Source: Solirubrobacteraceae bacterium
Lineage (GTDB): Bacteria > Actinomycetota > Thermoleophilia > Solirubrobacterales > Solirubrobacteraceae
DNA: 62,853 nt
Assembly: GCA_051001735.1 (NCBI GenBank)
Contig: JBPCNA010000060.1
Location: 1 to 62,853, forward strand
Direction of reading: 5' to 3'
The first letter of the stretch is position 1, and each line of letters starts with the position of its first letter. Both the position numbers and the translations under genes were made by a program. The notes under the pieces are model-generated. The model made no database searches, had not been told where the DNA came from, and saw nothing but the letters and a program-made list of their open reading frames with translations. Shown one piece after another: positions 28,795 through 37,636 of this stretch.

Positions 28795-30302
28795 GTCATG
28801 TAGGTAGAAGTGGTGTAACGGGCCGCGGGAGACGGATCGCGGGCGCCGGGATCGTGATTGAGGCTTTGTGAGGCGTTTTGCGGGCTTCGGTCGTGGCGGC
28901 CAAGGGGTTTGGTTGCCGGGATCTGGGTGTCTTTGGCGGTTCTGACCACCGTGGCGTCCAAGCTCGTTGGCTCCTCGAAGAGTCGATGAGAAGGAGCACC
29001 ACGATGGTCGAGAACAGGATGACGGTTGCTGATGTCGTTGCCGGTGTGCTCGCGGGTGAGCACGGCGACTTCGTGCGCGAAGCCGTCGCGTTGGTCGCCC
29101 GCGAGCTGATGGAAGGCGAAATCTCCGGGGAGATCGGCGCCGGCCTGGGCGAGGTCAACCCGGATCGCGTGACGCATCGCAATGGGTACAGGCCGCGGTC
29201 GTGGGAGACCAGGGTCGGCGAGCTCGATCTGCTGATTCCCAAGAAGCGCCAAGGCCCCGCGTACTTCCCGTCGTTTCTGGAGCCAAGGAGGCGCTCTGAG
29301 CAGGCGATCGTCGCGGTCGTGATGGAGGCCTATGTCAACGGTGTATCGACGCGGAAGGTCGACCGGCTCGTCGAGCAGCTCGGGATCGGCGGGATGACCA
29401 AGGACCGCGTCTCGGCGCTCTGCAAGGGCCTTGACGGGCAGGTCGAGGCGTTCCGGTCGCGGCCGTTGGACGGTGCCTACCCCTACTTGTGGCTTGACGC
29501 CAAGCACGTCAAGGTCCGCGATCAGGGCCGTGTGGTCTCCAAAGCGATCGTGATCGCCTACGCCGTTCATGAGACCGGCGTCCGTGAGGTCCTTGATCTC
29601 GATCTCGGCGAAGTCGAGTCCGGCGCGTTCTGGCGCGAGTTCCTGCTGCGACTCAAGCGCCGCGGCCTCCAAGGGGTGAGCCTCGTGATCTCAGACGCTC
29701 ATGAGGGACTGAAAGCAGCGATCGCCCGCGTCCTGGCATGTCCGTGGCAGCGCTGCACCGTCCATTTCGTCAGGGATATGGACCAGCACTGCCGCCGCGA
29801 CCAGCGCGGCCTGATCAGCGCCGCGCTGCGTGAAGTCTTCAACGCCGAGGACCGCGACCAGGCACGCGAGCGCGTCACCCAGGTCATCGGCCGGCTCCAA
29901 TCGGTCGCCCCGAAGGTCTGCGGGCTGCTCGAAGAAGCCGAAGAAGACCTGATCGCCTTCTACGCCCTGCCCCGCGATCACTGGACCAAACTCCGCAGCA
30001 CCAATCCGCTCGAGCGCGTCAACCGCGAGATCGGCCGCCGCAGCGACGTCGTTGGCATCTTCCCCAACGACGCCTCCGCGATCCGGCTCGCCGGCGCGCT
30101 CCTGATCGAACAGAACGACGAGTGGCTCGTCACCCGCCGCTACCTCTCGGCCGAATCGATGGCCCTCATCCTCAACGCCGACCCGACCGGGGAAGTCCCG
30201 ACCGAGAACAAGGAAAAGGAGGTGATCGAGCTCAACCCCGCCTGAGCCACCACGCCCCAGCCGACGAGCGCCAACGCGTTACACCACTACAGACGACTTG
30301 AC
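28795..30302 (+). mobile_element. intact IS256-family insertion sequence with target-site duplication
   Basis: Imperfect terminal IRs gtcatgtaggtagaagtggtgtaacg (28795-28820) and cgttacaccactacagacgacttgac (30277-30302), 20 of 26 matching. Flanked by direct repeats tcgggcggcg at 28785-28794 and 30303-30312. Confidence 0.8.
29004..30245 (+). CDS. IS256-family (Mutator-type) transposase
   Basis: RBS aaggag (28991-28996) then ATG 29004. 413 aa with GYRPRSWETRVGELDLLIPKKRQG, YLWLDAKHVKVR, LVISDAHEGLKAAI, WQRCTVHFVRDM, RSTNPLERVNREI. Confidence 0.9.
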   Translation: MVENRMTVADVVAGVLAGEHGDFVREAVALVARELMEGEISGEIGAGLGEVNPDRVTHRNGYRPRSWETRVGELDLLIPKKRQGPAYFPSFLEPRRRSEQAIVAVVMEAYVNGVSTRKVDRLVEQLGIGGMTKDRVSALCKGLDGQVEAFRSRPLDGAYPYLWLDAKHVKVRDQGRVVSKAIVIAYAVHETGVREVLDLDLGEVESGAFWREFLLRLKRRGLQGVSLVISDAHEGLKAAIARVLACPWQRCTVHFVRDMDQHCRRDQRGLISAALREVFNAEDRDQARERVTQVIGRLQSVAPKVCGLLEEAEEDLIAFYALPRDHWTKLRSTNPLERVNREIGRRSDVVGIFPNDASAIRLAGALLIEQNDEWLVTRRYLSAESMALILNADPTGEVPTENKEKEVIELNPA

Positions 30303-30407
30303 TCGGGCGGCGGGCCCGGGGACCTTGCGAACGCGGTGAGTAGGGAGAGGTCCGGGCCTACCGAGAGGCTGTGGGTGTCAAGGCTCACGTTCTCAAGGAG
30401 GCCCGGA

Positions 30408-30764
30408 GTGCCGCACCATAGAGCCAGCCACACGCCGTTGGGCAGGTCGATCGTCGTTCGTCGCGTCGTTGAAGAACGGGAGACGTTCGCGCAAGCAGCG
30501 GCCTGCTCCGGCGTTTCGACCTCGACGCTGTGGGCGTGGGTTCAGCGCTGGAACGCGGCGACGCCCGAGGAGCGGGCGTCGCTCGCTTGTCTTGAGGACC
30601 GCTCAAGCCGGCCGCGCCGCTCGCCGTCGCAGGTGCCCGCCGAGGAGGCCGCACGGATCTGCTTGCTGCGAGAGCGCACGGGCTGGAGCCCCCGGCGCCT
30701 CGCTGACGAGCCCGGGTCACCAGGCCCCACTCCACCGTCCATTGATGTAGCCCGCGTCCTTTAG
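30408..30764 (+). pseudogene. IS481-family transposase relic (N-terminal HTH part only)
   Basis: RBS aaggagg then GTG 30408. HRASHTPLGRSIVVRRVVEERETFAQAAACSGVSTSTLWAWVQRW...LEDRSSRPRRSPSQVPAEEAARICLLRERTGWSPRRLADE resembles the start of IS481 transposases. Homology ends near 30720 and there is no DDE domain. Confidence 0.65.
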
Positions 30765-30922
30765 CTCGCTGAGGTTGAGCTGTTCGAAGGTGGCCATGTG
30801 GCGCCGAAACTCCTCGCGGTGCGGTTCATCGAGTGCGAACCAGTCCCACTGGCCGCCGTGATCAGCGAGCGCGAGCTTCCATGCGACGGTTCGGTCTTCG
30901 CCGGCAGACGGATCAATCGCCC

Positions 30923-31055
30923 CTATGCGCGGCCGCTTCTTGAACCCAAGTAATAGGCCACGGTCAGAATGTGGCGGCCGACGGCGACCTTCGCGACCTT
31001 GCGGCCGCGGCGCTTGGAGATCCGCTCGAAGTGCTCGCGTTTAACCCATGCGCCA
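30923..31055 (-). pseudogene. IS110-family transposase relic (last ~40 aa)
   Basis: Reverse strand reads WVKREHFERISKRRGRKVAKVAVGRHILTVAYYLG then a stop (30923-30925), like the C-terminal ..RGK..A.VAVARK.L...YY.L end of IS110/IS116/IS902 transposases. Not in the ORF track. Confidence 0.5.
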
Positions 31056-31068
31056 TGTGTCAAAGATT

Positions 31069-33558
31069 TCAGAGCGCCGTGCGATCGGCTACTTCGCGTT
31101 GGGCGACGTCGATCAATCGGCTGACATCCCCGTCATAGTACCGCGAAGCCCAATCACGGATCAAGGCCGTTGTCAGCGAGTAGGGCTTATCCCGCCCGAA
31201 GGCGATGGCCCGAGTCCTCCAGCCAGGGCTGAATGACAGGCCGTCGACGATCGCTTGTCCGAGTACCACCGCTGCGTCTTGCCCGCTGCGGACCCCGACC
31301 CTCCCTCGGCTCAAGGCCTCGCGACCTACGGCCTGTTTGATGAGTGAATCAGCATCAGTGCCCGCGCGAGCCAGTCCCCGACTGACACTTTGAGCATAAA
31401 TCGACAGCCCACGTTTTGCCGCCACACTTTGCCACCGCTCGCGGCCAACGCCGCGTTGGCCGAAGAGTGCGCCGTAGGGGTAGATAGCTGCGGCTGCGCG
31501 GATCGCGGCGACAAATCGATCAGGCGATACATCCTCAGCCGCGAAGGCTCCCGCCGGGTCACATCGCCAGCGATAGGCCGGATCCAACCGTTCAGGTGTA
31601 GAACTAGACCTGAACGGTTCGGGCACGCGCGGCAGCCCCTTAGACGGCTGCGTCGTCGCGGCGATCGCGACACCCGGCTCCCAGGCGCGGGCGTCGCTCT
31701 CGCTGGGAACGAGCGGCCCGAACAGCTCGATGCTAAGACCGGCCTCCGTGTCATGAACAACTACGCGGCTCACGAGTTGTTGGACGATGGCCCAGCGGCG
31801 CAGACGCCTGTCCGGGTCCGCCGGACAGTCATCGCTTAGCAGCTCGAGTACGTCGGGAGATACGGGGGTCGGATGACGCTCCCGCCGCCTGAGCTGCGTG
31901 TCAACCGTGAGTTGGCGGTTGAGGGCCTCGATCTCCTTCTGTATCCGGTCGTCCTCGGTCTGAAGAAAGTCCCGGCTCGGTGTGGTGTTTGCGCGGATCT
32001 TATCGATGTGCTGTTGCCACAGACCGTCGCGATATCGTTGGAGTTGACTCACCTCCGCGGTCAAACGCCTTCGATCGTCCGTGGTGAACAAGCCGTCCCT
32101 GTCTGCGAGGGGGAGATTGGCTCGGCCGAGGGCGATCCCCTGATGAAGCGCGTCGTCGTCGGTGAGGATCGTGCGGACAGCTCGGAGCACCGCGTGCTCG
32201 AGCAGGTCGGCCGGTAGCGAGTAGCCGCGGCATGTGTCCGGGACCATATAGCCGCGCTGCTTGCCCTCGGCGGTGCAGTGGTGGAACACATACTTCCCGC
32301 GGGTGTAGCGCGCTGCGAGAATGCTGGTTGAAAGCGTCGGCTCGGTAGGGTTCATGCAGCGGGCGTGGTAGACGCGGATGCCGCGGAGCAGCAGTCGCCC
32401 CTCGGGGGTTCTTGTTGTCTTGCCGCGCTTGTACGCCAGAACGGTCTGATTGCGCTGCCACAGGTCGGCTGGTACGGGCCGCTCCAAGTGCACCGTGTCG
32501 ACGCGGTAGCCCAACGGTTCCCGATCGTCCTTCGTTCGGATTCGGCCGTTGATGTAACGCTCGTCCTTGAGGATCTTGTGGATCGTTCCCTGGGAAAGGT
32601 GGATGTTGTATCGAGAGTCGAGCGCTTCGCGTACCTCCCGAACGTTCTGAAGAGTTGCGTAGAGCTCATGGATGATGATCACGTACGCCCATTCCCCGTT
32701 GTCGACGACGACGAAGCCCTCGGCATTCCTTGTGAAGCCGAAGCCTCCGGATCCGGACCACATCCTTTTGCCGTCGCGCATCTCCCGATCCAGGCTCGTC
32801 TGCCACCGGTCACGATTCCAGGCCCACTCGCTCTCGGCGGACACCGCGCCCATCCAGAGCTGGCTCAGCTCGAAGTGGTTGAGGAGGTCGATCTCCTTGT
32901 TGAGTTGAGCGATGTGCAGCCCGATGCCGTATTCCTGTAGGTAACGAACGAACTCCGCGGTCGAAATGACGGAGCGCGCGACCCTGTCCAAGCCGCGGTA
33001 CACGACCCACGAAATCTCGCCGCGCACGAACGACTCGAAGACCTCAGTGAAGTCGAGGCGGCTCTCAAACTGTGCCCGGCCACTCAGGTTGAGTAGGGCG
33101 ATGACGATCCTCGGCTTGCGCCGGGTGGCGTCGCAGTACTTGAGGAGCGCGTCGAGTTGGCCGCCGATCGTCTCGCCGCTCTTGCTCTCCTCGCTCGACT
33201 TGCGCGCGACGAGGATGCCGTCGCCTTCCCCCAGGTCCCATCGCAATATCTTGGCTCCGGCAACGACTCGCGTCTTCGTCGGGCCGAGTCGATCGTAGAG
33301 CTCTCGCGTCGCGTCGGTAAGGAAGCGCGACTCGATTCGGTTTCGAGGCGCCTGAGGCTTGGCCCGCCTCACCGCAGGCTCCGATCGGAACGGTCTCGCC
33401 GGACGCGGCGCGACAGGAACGAGGTCGAGCATCGCCATGTCGGCGGCGGTGAAGTGCGGACGGACGATGATGGCGACCACGTTGCGGACGGCGCGCTCGC
33501 GGGCCGCGAGATCGGCTCCGTCGGTCCGCAGCGCGAGCTGGACGGCGGCCTCAGCCAT
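31069..33558 (-). CDS. large serine recombinase (resolvase catalytic domain + recombinase domain + zinc-ribbon/coiled coil) with N- and C-terminal extensions
   Basis: 829 aa. GILVARKSSEESKSGETIGGQLDAL (catalytic Ser region), VVYRGLDRVARS, recombinase-domain block FGFTRNAEGFVVVDNGEWAYVIIIHELY...GTIHKILKDERYINGRI, and Cys/His cluster YHARC...HHC...DTC followed by a coiled coil. There is a ~115-aa leader and a ~200-aa unassigned tail. GC is visibly lower than the flanks. Confidence 0.85.
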   Translation of the reverse strand: MAEAAVQLALRTDGADLAARERAVRNVVAIIVRPHFTAADMAMLDLVPVAPRPARPFRSEPAVRRAKPQAPRNRIESRFLTDATRELYDRLGPTKTRVVAGAKILRWDLGEGDGILVARKSSEESKSGETIGGQLDALLKYCDATRRKPRIVIALLNLSGRAQFESRLDFTEVFESFVRGEISWVVYRGLDRVARSVISTAEFVRYLQEYGIGLHIAQLNKEIDLLNHFELSQLWMGAVSAESEWAWNRDRWQTSLDREMRDGKRMWSGSGGFGFTRNAEGFVVVDNGEWAYVIIIHELYATLQNVREVREALDSRYNIHLSQGTIHKILKDERYINGRIRTKDDREPLGYRVDTVHLERPVPADLWQRNQTVLAYKRGKTTRTPEGRLLLRGIRVYHARCMNPTEPTLSTSILAARYTRGKYVFHHCTAEGKQRGYMVPDTCRGYSLPADLLEHAVLRAVRTILTDDDALHQGIALGRANLPLADRDGLFTTDDRRRLTAEVSQLQRYRDGLWQQHIDKIRANTTPSRDFLQTEDDRIQKEIEALNRQLTVDTQLRRRERHPTPVSPDVLELLSDDCPADPDRRLRRWAIVQQLVSRVVVHDTEAGLSIELFGPLVPSESDARAWEPGVAIAATTQPSKGLPRVPEPFRSSSTPERLDPAYRWRCDPAGAFAAEDVSPDRFVAAIRAAAAIYPYGALFGQRGVGRERWQSVAAKRGLSIYAQSVSRGLARAGTDADSLIKQAVGREALSRGRVGVRSGQDAAVVLGQAIVDGLSFSPGWRTRAIAFGRDKPYSLTTALIRDWASRYYDGDVSRLIDVAQREVADRTAL

Positions 33559-33636
33559 CGGCGTGTGTGGGCCAGCCGCCGGGCGCGGCTCGTCGGGCGC
33601 TGGTCACAGCGCTCGTCACATTTTTCGCCGCGAGCC

Positions 33637-33736
33637 CTGCGGATCGCTGCGAACTGGTGCGGATCGACATCGGGGGCGTACCGGCCAAATCCCTCGCTCC
33701 TGCGGCGTGCGCGGACTCCTGCGGACTGCTGCGGAA
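33637..33736. repeat. helically phased TGCGRA repeats (7 copies, ~10-bp spacing in two blocks) between recombinase start and tRNA-Asp 3-prime end
   Basis: tgcgga 33638, tgcgaa 33648, tgcgga 33658. Then tgcggc 33701, gcgga 33711, tgcgga 33720, tgcgga 33730. The last copy abuts the tRNA end at 33737. Confidence 0.75.
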
Positions 33737-33810
<74 letters not shown>

Positions 33811-33941
33811 CAAGGTGGGGACGCACCAGTATGCCAAGCCCGACGACGCCTCGCCCTCGGCCGCGCCGGCCGATCGGCCGCGGCCGATCCGGACCCGCCC
33901 GAACCCGCTCAGCCCCGGCCGCGCTCCAAGGCACCCGCCTC

Positions 33942-33967
33942 CGCGATCCCTACCGGTAGGGATCGCG
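33942..33967. repeat. perfect 26-bp palindrome spanning the stop codon of the GT2 gene (possible terminator or protein-binding site)
   Basis: cgcgatccctacc|ggtagggatcgcg is an exact reverse-complement pair. It lies between the GT2 gene and tRNA-Asp on the same strand. Confidence 0.7.
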
Positions 33968-34819
33968 CCGTCCCCGCAGCGCCCGCAGGCCCGGCACCGC
34001 CAGGACCATCGCCTCGAAAGACCGGCCCGCCCCGGCCGATGCCAGCGCCTCTCTGGCCTCGGCGTAGCGCCGCTGGCGCACCAGCCCCGCCGCCATCGCC
34101 CGCAGGTCGGCGGCCCGGACCCGCCCGGCGCACTCCGCCGAGACCAGCCCCGCGTGGCGGGCGTGGACCGCCATCTGGTCGGCCGCCAGGCTCGCGATGT
34201 CCCCGCTCAGCGCCCCGGCCCGCCGACGGTAGCGGACGACCGCCCGCGGCTCGTAGACCAGGCGCTCCCCCCGGGCCAGCAGGCGCAGCCACAGCTCCCA
34301 ATCCTCGGCCCGGGCCAGGTCGCACAGAAGCCCCCCGGCCGCCTCGACCGCCCGCCGCCGCAGCACCACGCCCGACACGCACAACGGGTTGCGTTCGAAC
34401 AGCTCCGGCAGCTCGAGGCGCTCCGGCACCTCCCACACCTCGCCGGTCGGCCGGCCGTCCGGGCCGACGATCACCGACCGGGCAAAGCAGGCCGCCGCCC
34501 CGCCGAGCGCCGCGACCCGCAGCCCGAGCGAGCCCGGCTCCCAGACGTCGTCGCCGTCGCACAGGGCGATCAGCTCCGTCTCCAAGGCGGCGCACCCGGC
34601 TGCCCGGGCTCCGGCCAGGCCCCGGCGCCGGTCGAGGCGAAGCAGGCGGCAGGCCGGCGCCTGGGACCGGTCGAGCTCGAGCGGCGGGTCGGATCCGTCG
34701 TCGACCACCACGATCGCCCCCGGCCGCTCGCCGATCACCGCGTCGAGCGTCTCGGCCAGGTACGGCGCCCACCCGTGGACCGGGACGATCACCCCGACCC
34801 GCTCAGTCACCTCCGCCAT
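33950..34819 (-). CDS. family 2 glycosyltransferase
   Basis: VGVIVPVHGWAPYLAETLDAV...VVVDDGSDP...LCDGDDVWEP are classic GT-A/GT2 motifs. Confidence 0.85.
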   Translation of the reverse strand: MAEVTERVGVIVPVHGWAPYLAETLDAVIGERPGAIVVVDDGSDPPLELDRSQAPACRLLRLDRRRGLAGARAAGCAALETELIALCDGDDVWEPGSLGLRVAALGGAAACFARSVIVGPDGRPTGEVWEVPERLELPELFERNPLCVSGVVLRRRAVEAAGGLLCDLARAEDWELWLRLLARGERLVYEPRAVVRYRRRAGALSGDIASLAADQMAVHARHAGLVSAECAGRVRAADLRAMAAGLVRQRRYAEAREALASAGAGRSFEAMVLAVPGLRALRGRRDPYR

Positions 34820-34831
34820 GCCGACGGCGGT

Positions 34832-35170
34832 CTAACCGCCGAGCAGCTCGAGCGCCCGCTCCGGCGGTCGCGCCACCAACGCACGGTCGCCCAGCTCGAC
34901 GATCGGCCGTCCGACGAGGTCCGGATCGTCGGCGATCACCGCGAGCAGCTCCTCGTCGGTCTCCTCTGAGGTCGCGAGCTCCGGCCGGTCGACCGTCCGC
35001 ACCAGCGATCGGATGCCGCCCTCCGCCTTGGCCGCCAGTCCCGCCAGCCGGGCGGGGGTCAGGGGACTGGCGTAGTAGTCGATCTCCTCGAAGTCGATGC
35101 CCTCGCTCCGCAGCAGCTCGACCACGGCCTGGCACTTCGAGCACGTCGGCTTCAGGTAGACCTTCAGCAT
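34832..35170 (-). CDS. ArsC/Spx/MgsR-family thioredoxin-fold protein
   Basis: MLKVYLKPTCSKCQAVVELLRSEGIDFEEIDY and C-terminal GRPIVE, as in ArsC-like/YffB proteins. Confidence 0.8.
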   Translation of the reverse strand: MLKVYLKPTCSKCQAVVELLRSEGIDFEEIDYYASPLTPARLAGLAAKAEGGIRSLVRTVDRPELATSEETDEELLAVIADDPDLVGRPIVELGDRALVARPPERALELLGG

Positions 35171-35190
35171 CGGCTGAGCTTAGCCGCGCC

Positions 35191-35793
35191 TCACCCCGGC
35201 GGCTCTTCGACCTGGAAGAGGGGGAAGCTCGCCCGGCCCGTCTCGTCGTGGCGGATCACCCACCACCCGGCGATCTCGTCGACGGCGACCCGCAGCACCG
35301 CGACCCGGGCCACTCCCGGGGTCCCCGGCGCGACCACTTGGACGTCGCACAGGGTCAGGAACGGCCGCGCCCGTTGACCGATCACCCGGCGGGTCAGCCC
35401 CGCCGGCGCCGCCGACTCGTCGACCGGCTCGCCGCCCGAGTAGAACTCGACGTCCCGCTCCAGCGCCGTCCGCTCCCGGTCGGTCCGCTCCAGCGCCCGG
35501 CGGTTGGCTCCGGCGAACCGCTCCTGGGCGGCCTCCCACTCCTGGTCTGACATACCCTCCGGCTGCGCGCTCATCGACGCGATCCGCCGCCGCTCGGCGT
35601 CGACCTCGCCGGCAGCCAGCGCCGGCGACGAGACCGCCCCGAGGACGATCATCCCGTTGATCAGGAGGCCCACCGACGTACTGATGCCGCTGTCGGCCAG
35701 CAGGATCAGGTCGAGCAGGAAGGCGTCCTGGACCGCGTAGGACCCGACGGCGGCCAGGTCTCGGTCCGCCGGATCGAGGGGGTCCTCGGACAT
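35191..35793 (-). CDS. hypothetical protein
   Basis: 200-aa ORF with protein-like composition and codon bias (third-position GC). No family recognised. Confidence 0.5.
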   Translation of the reverse strand: MSEDPLDPADRDLAAVGSYAVQDAFLLDLILLADSGISTSVGLLINGMIVLGAVSSPALAAGEVDAERRRIASMSAQPEGMSDQEWEAAQERFAGANRRALERTDRERTALERDVEFYSGGEPVDESAAPAGLTRRVIGQRARPFLTLCDVQVVAPGTPGVARVAVLRVAVDEIAGWWVIRHDETGRASFPLFQVEEPPG

Positions 35794-35966
35794 ATCGGGT
35801 TACTCCGGCTCGGTCGGATGCGGACGAGGTAGCATGACGCCGCGTGGCGCCGGGTCCGATTATGTCGAAAGGCGCCGCCCCCGGCCGTCCCGCGCCGGTC
35901 CGCCGACGCCGGCTCGACCACCGAACTGGAGCGCATGATCCCCGCCAACGTGATAGATGATGCCCC

Positions 35967-36551
35967 GTGAGAACTCGCGCGATCCAGGCCGCCGCCGCCG
36001 CCGTCCTCGCCACGCTGCTCTCCGGCTGCGGCCTCTTCGGCGTCAAGGGACCCGGCCTCGGACCGGTCATCACGAGCAGCGTCGACGCCAAATGCACCGC
36101 TCCGCCCTACGAGCTGCCCCCGACCTGCGCCCTCGGCGGGATCGGCGCCGCCCTCCAGATCTTCAAGGATTCTCACGCCTACGTCGGCAGCACCACCGTC
36201 ATCCCCGGCAGCACGAACTACGTCAACGTGCAGACGTCGATGGGCCGCGTGACCAGCTTCGACGAGCAGTACCACGCCGATCCTCCGCTCAGCGATCACG
36301 AGGCCCGCTTCGTCTCCCGCGGCGAGGTCCCCCACGACGGCAGGAAGCTCTTCATCAAGACCGTCGACCACAAGTGCCAGGTCGTCGAGTACACGAGCAA
36401 GGCCCTCCGCAAGATGTACGGCAAGCAGTTCTCCGCTGTCCTGATCGTCCTCCGCAGCACCGACCCGGCCCTCTTCGACAAGAAGGCCGTCAGCATGGCC
36501 TCGATCAGCCTCACCGCTCCCCACAGCGCCGGCACGATCACCAGCTGCTGA
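35967..36551 (+). CDS. lipoprotein, unknown function
   Basis: MRTRAIQAAAAAVLATLLSGCG lipobox. The mature part has 4 Cys and lower GC. No family recognised. Confidence 0.65.
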   Translation: MRTRAIQAAAAAVLATLLSGCGLFGVKGPGLGPVITSSVDAKCTAPPYELPPTCALGGIGAALQIFKDSHAYVGSTTVIPGSTNYVNVQTSMGRVTSFDEQYHADPPLSDHEARFVSRGEVPHDGRKLFIKTVDHKCQVVEYTSKALRKMYGKQFSAVLIVLRSTDPALFDKKAVSMASISLTAPHSAGTITSC

Positions 36552-36553
36552 CC

Positions 36554-37439
36554 TCAGCCCCGCCGCCCCGCCGCCTTCGGCGGCCGCCGCCGGGCGACCG
36601 GGGTGAACGGTCTCGGCAGGGCGATCGGCGGGGCCGCGTTCGGGTTGGCCACCCGCTTGGTCCCCGGCTCGAAGAAACGGATCGGGTACGAGTTGAAGAT
36701 CGACTGCCCGTCGGGCGCCGTCAAGATCTGCCGCGTCGGATCCGTGTCGCCGGCTCGGAAGTTCAGCGGCCGGCCCTGGTCGTCGAAGAGCAGCACGTCG
36801 TGGAGGAGCCGGCCGTCGCGGGTGTCGGGGTAGATGTTCAAGACCGGCAGGCCGCCGCTCACCAGCGTCGTCACCTTCGGCGCCGGCGACGCGCCGATCA
36901 CGATGTAGTCCCGCGGCGACGGGGCGGTCGCCACCTGGACGACATGGGCGAGGACCGGCACGGCGAGGATGGCCAGCAGGGCGTTGACCGCGAGGATCGC
37001 CCCGACCCCCGGCCTCCGCCGCGGCGACGTTCCCGCAACCCGAGGACGGTCGACGCGACCACCGCCGCGAGCAGGAAGAACGCCGCCATCCGGCCGCTCC
37101 CGATCCGCGGCACCGCCGGATGGCTGATCGACCAGTGGGCGCCGGTCAGCCCGCCGAGGAGGACCACGGCCACGTAGGCCCGGGCCACCCACCAGATCGG
37201 CGCCAGCTCGGAGACGGCGCGCCCGACCGCCCGGCCGAGGCCCGGAGCTCGGCGGCGAACTCGGCCGGCGGGCCGAGACGCTCGACGATCGGCCGGTCGT
37301 CCTCGCCGGCCGTCTCGATCAGCGAAGCCTCGACCTCGACCAGGAGGTCGTCGCGCTCGTCGGCCCCGAGGTCCGCGACCGCTGCCCGGACGGCCGCGAG
37401 GTAGGCCGCCACTTCGGTCGCAACCACTGTCGCGGTCAT
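36554..37439 (-). CDS. HAAS/DUF1700-like membrane protein (PadR-associated sensor), two frame breaks
   Basis: Three pieces in three frames. (1) MTATVVATEVAAYLAAVRAAVADLGADERDDLLVEVEASLIE...PPAEFAAELRASA (37439 down). (2) GLGRAVGRAVSELAPIWWVARAYVAVVLLGGLTG...AAFFLLAAVVASTVLGL. (3) GVGAILAVNALLAILAVPVL plus an extracytoplasmic domain to 36554. Breaks lie near 37238-37246 and at the C4/C5 runs 37000-37010. Its ATG overlaps the PadR stop (ATGA). Confidence 0.5.
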
Positions 37440-37570
37440 GCCGTCACCTCCACGTCGATTTCGAGCAGAGCGGTCAGCGCGCGGGCGAACTCACTCCAGA
37501 TGGTCCTGGCCTCGAGCAGCTGGGTCCGTCCCCGCTCGGTGATCCCGTAGTAGCGGCGGTGCGGACCCTC
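37436..37570 (-). pseudogene. PadR-family regulator, C-terminal half only
   Basis: SDEGPHRRYYGITERGRTQLLEARTIWSEFARALTALLE is the PadR wing plus C-terminal helix. The N-terminal winged-helix part would have to overlap the conserved start of the divergent pyrophosphatase gene and is not found in any frame. Confidence 0.4.
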
Positions 37571-37636
37571 GTCGGACGGCACCACGGACGTTCTCGGACG
37601 CCGGCCCGGCCGGACCGTGCCTATCCTTGGGGCCGA

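Noticed and set aside
33637-33736. CRISPR-like array
   Set aside because: The repeats are only 6 nt at ~10-bp spacing with no spacer-sized units. No cas genes are present anywhere in the window.
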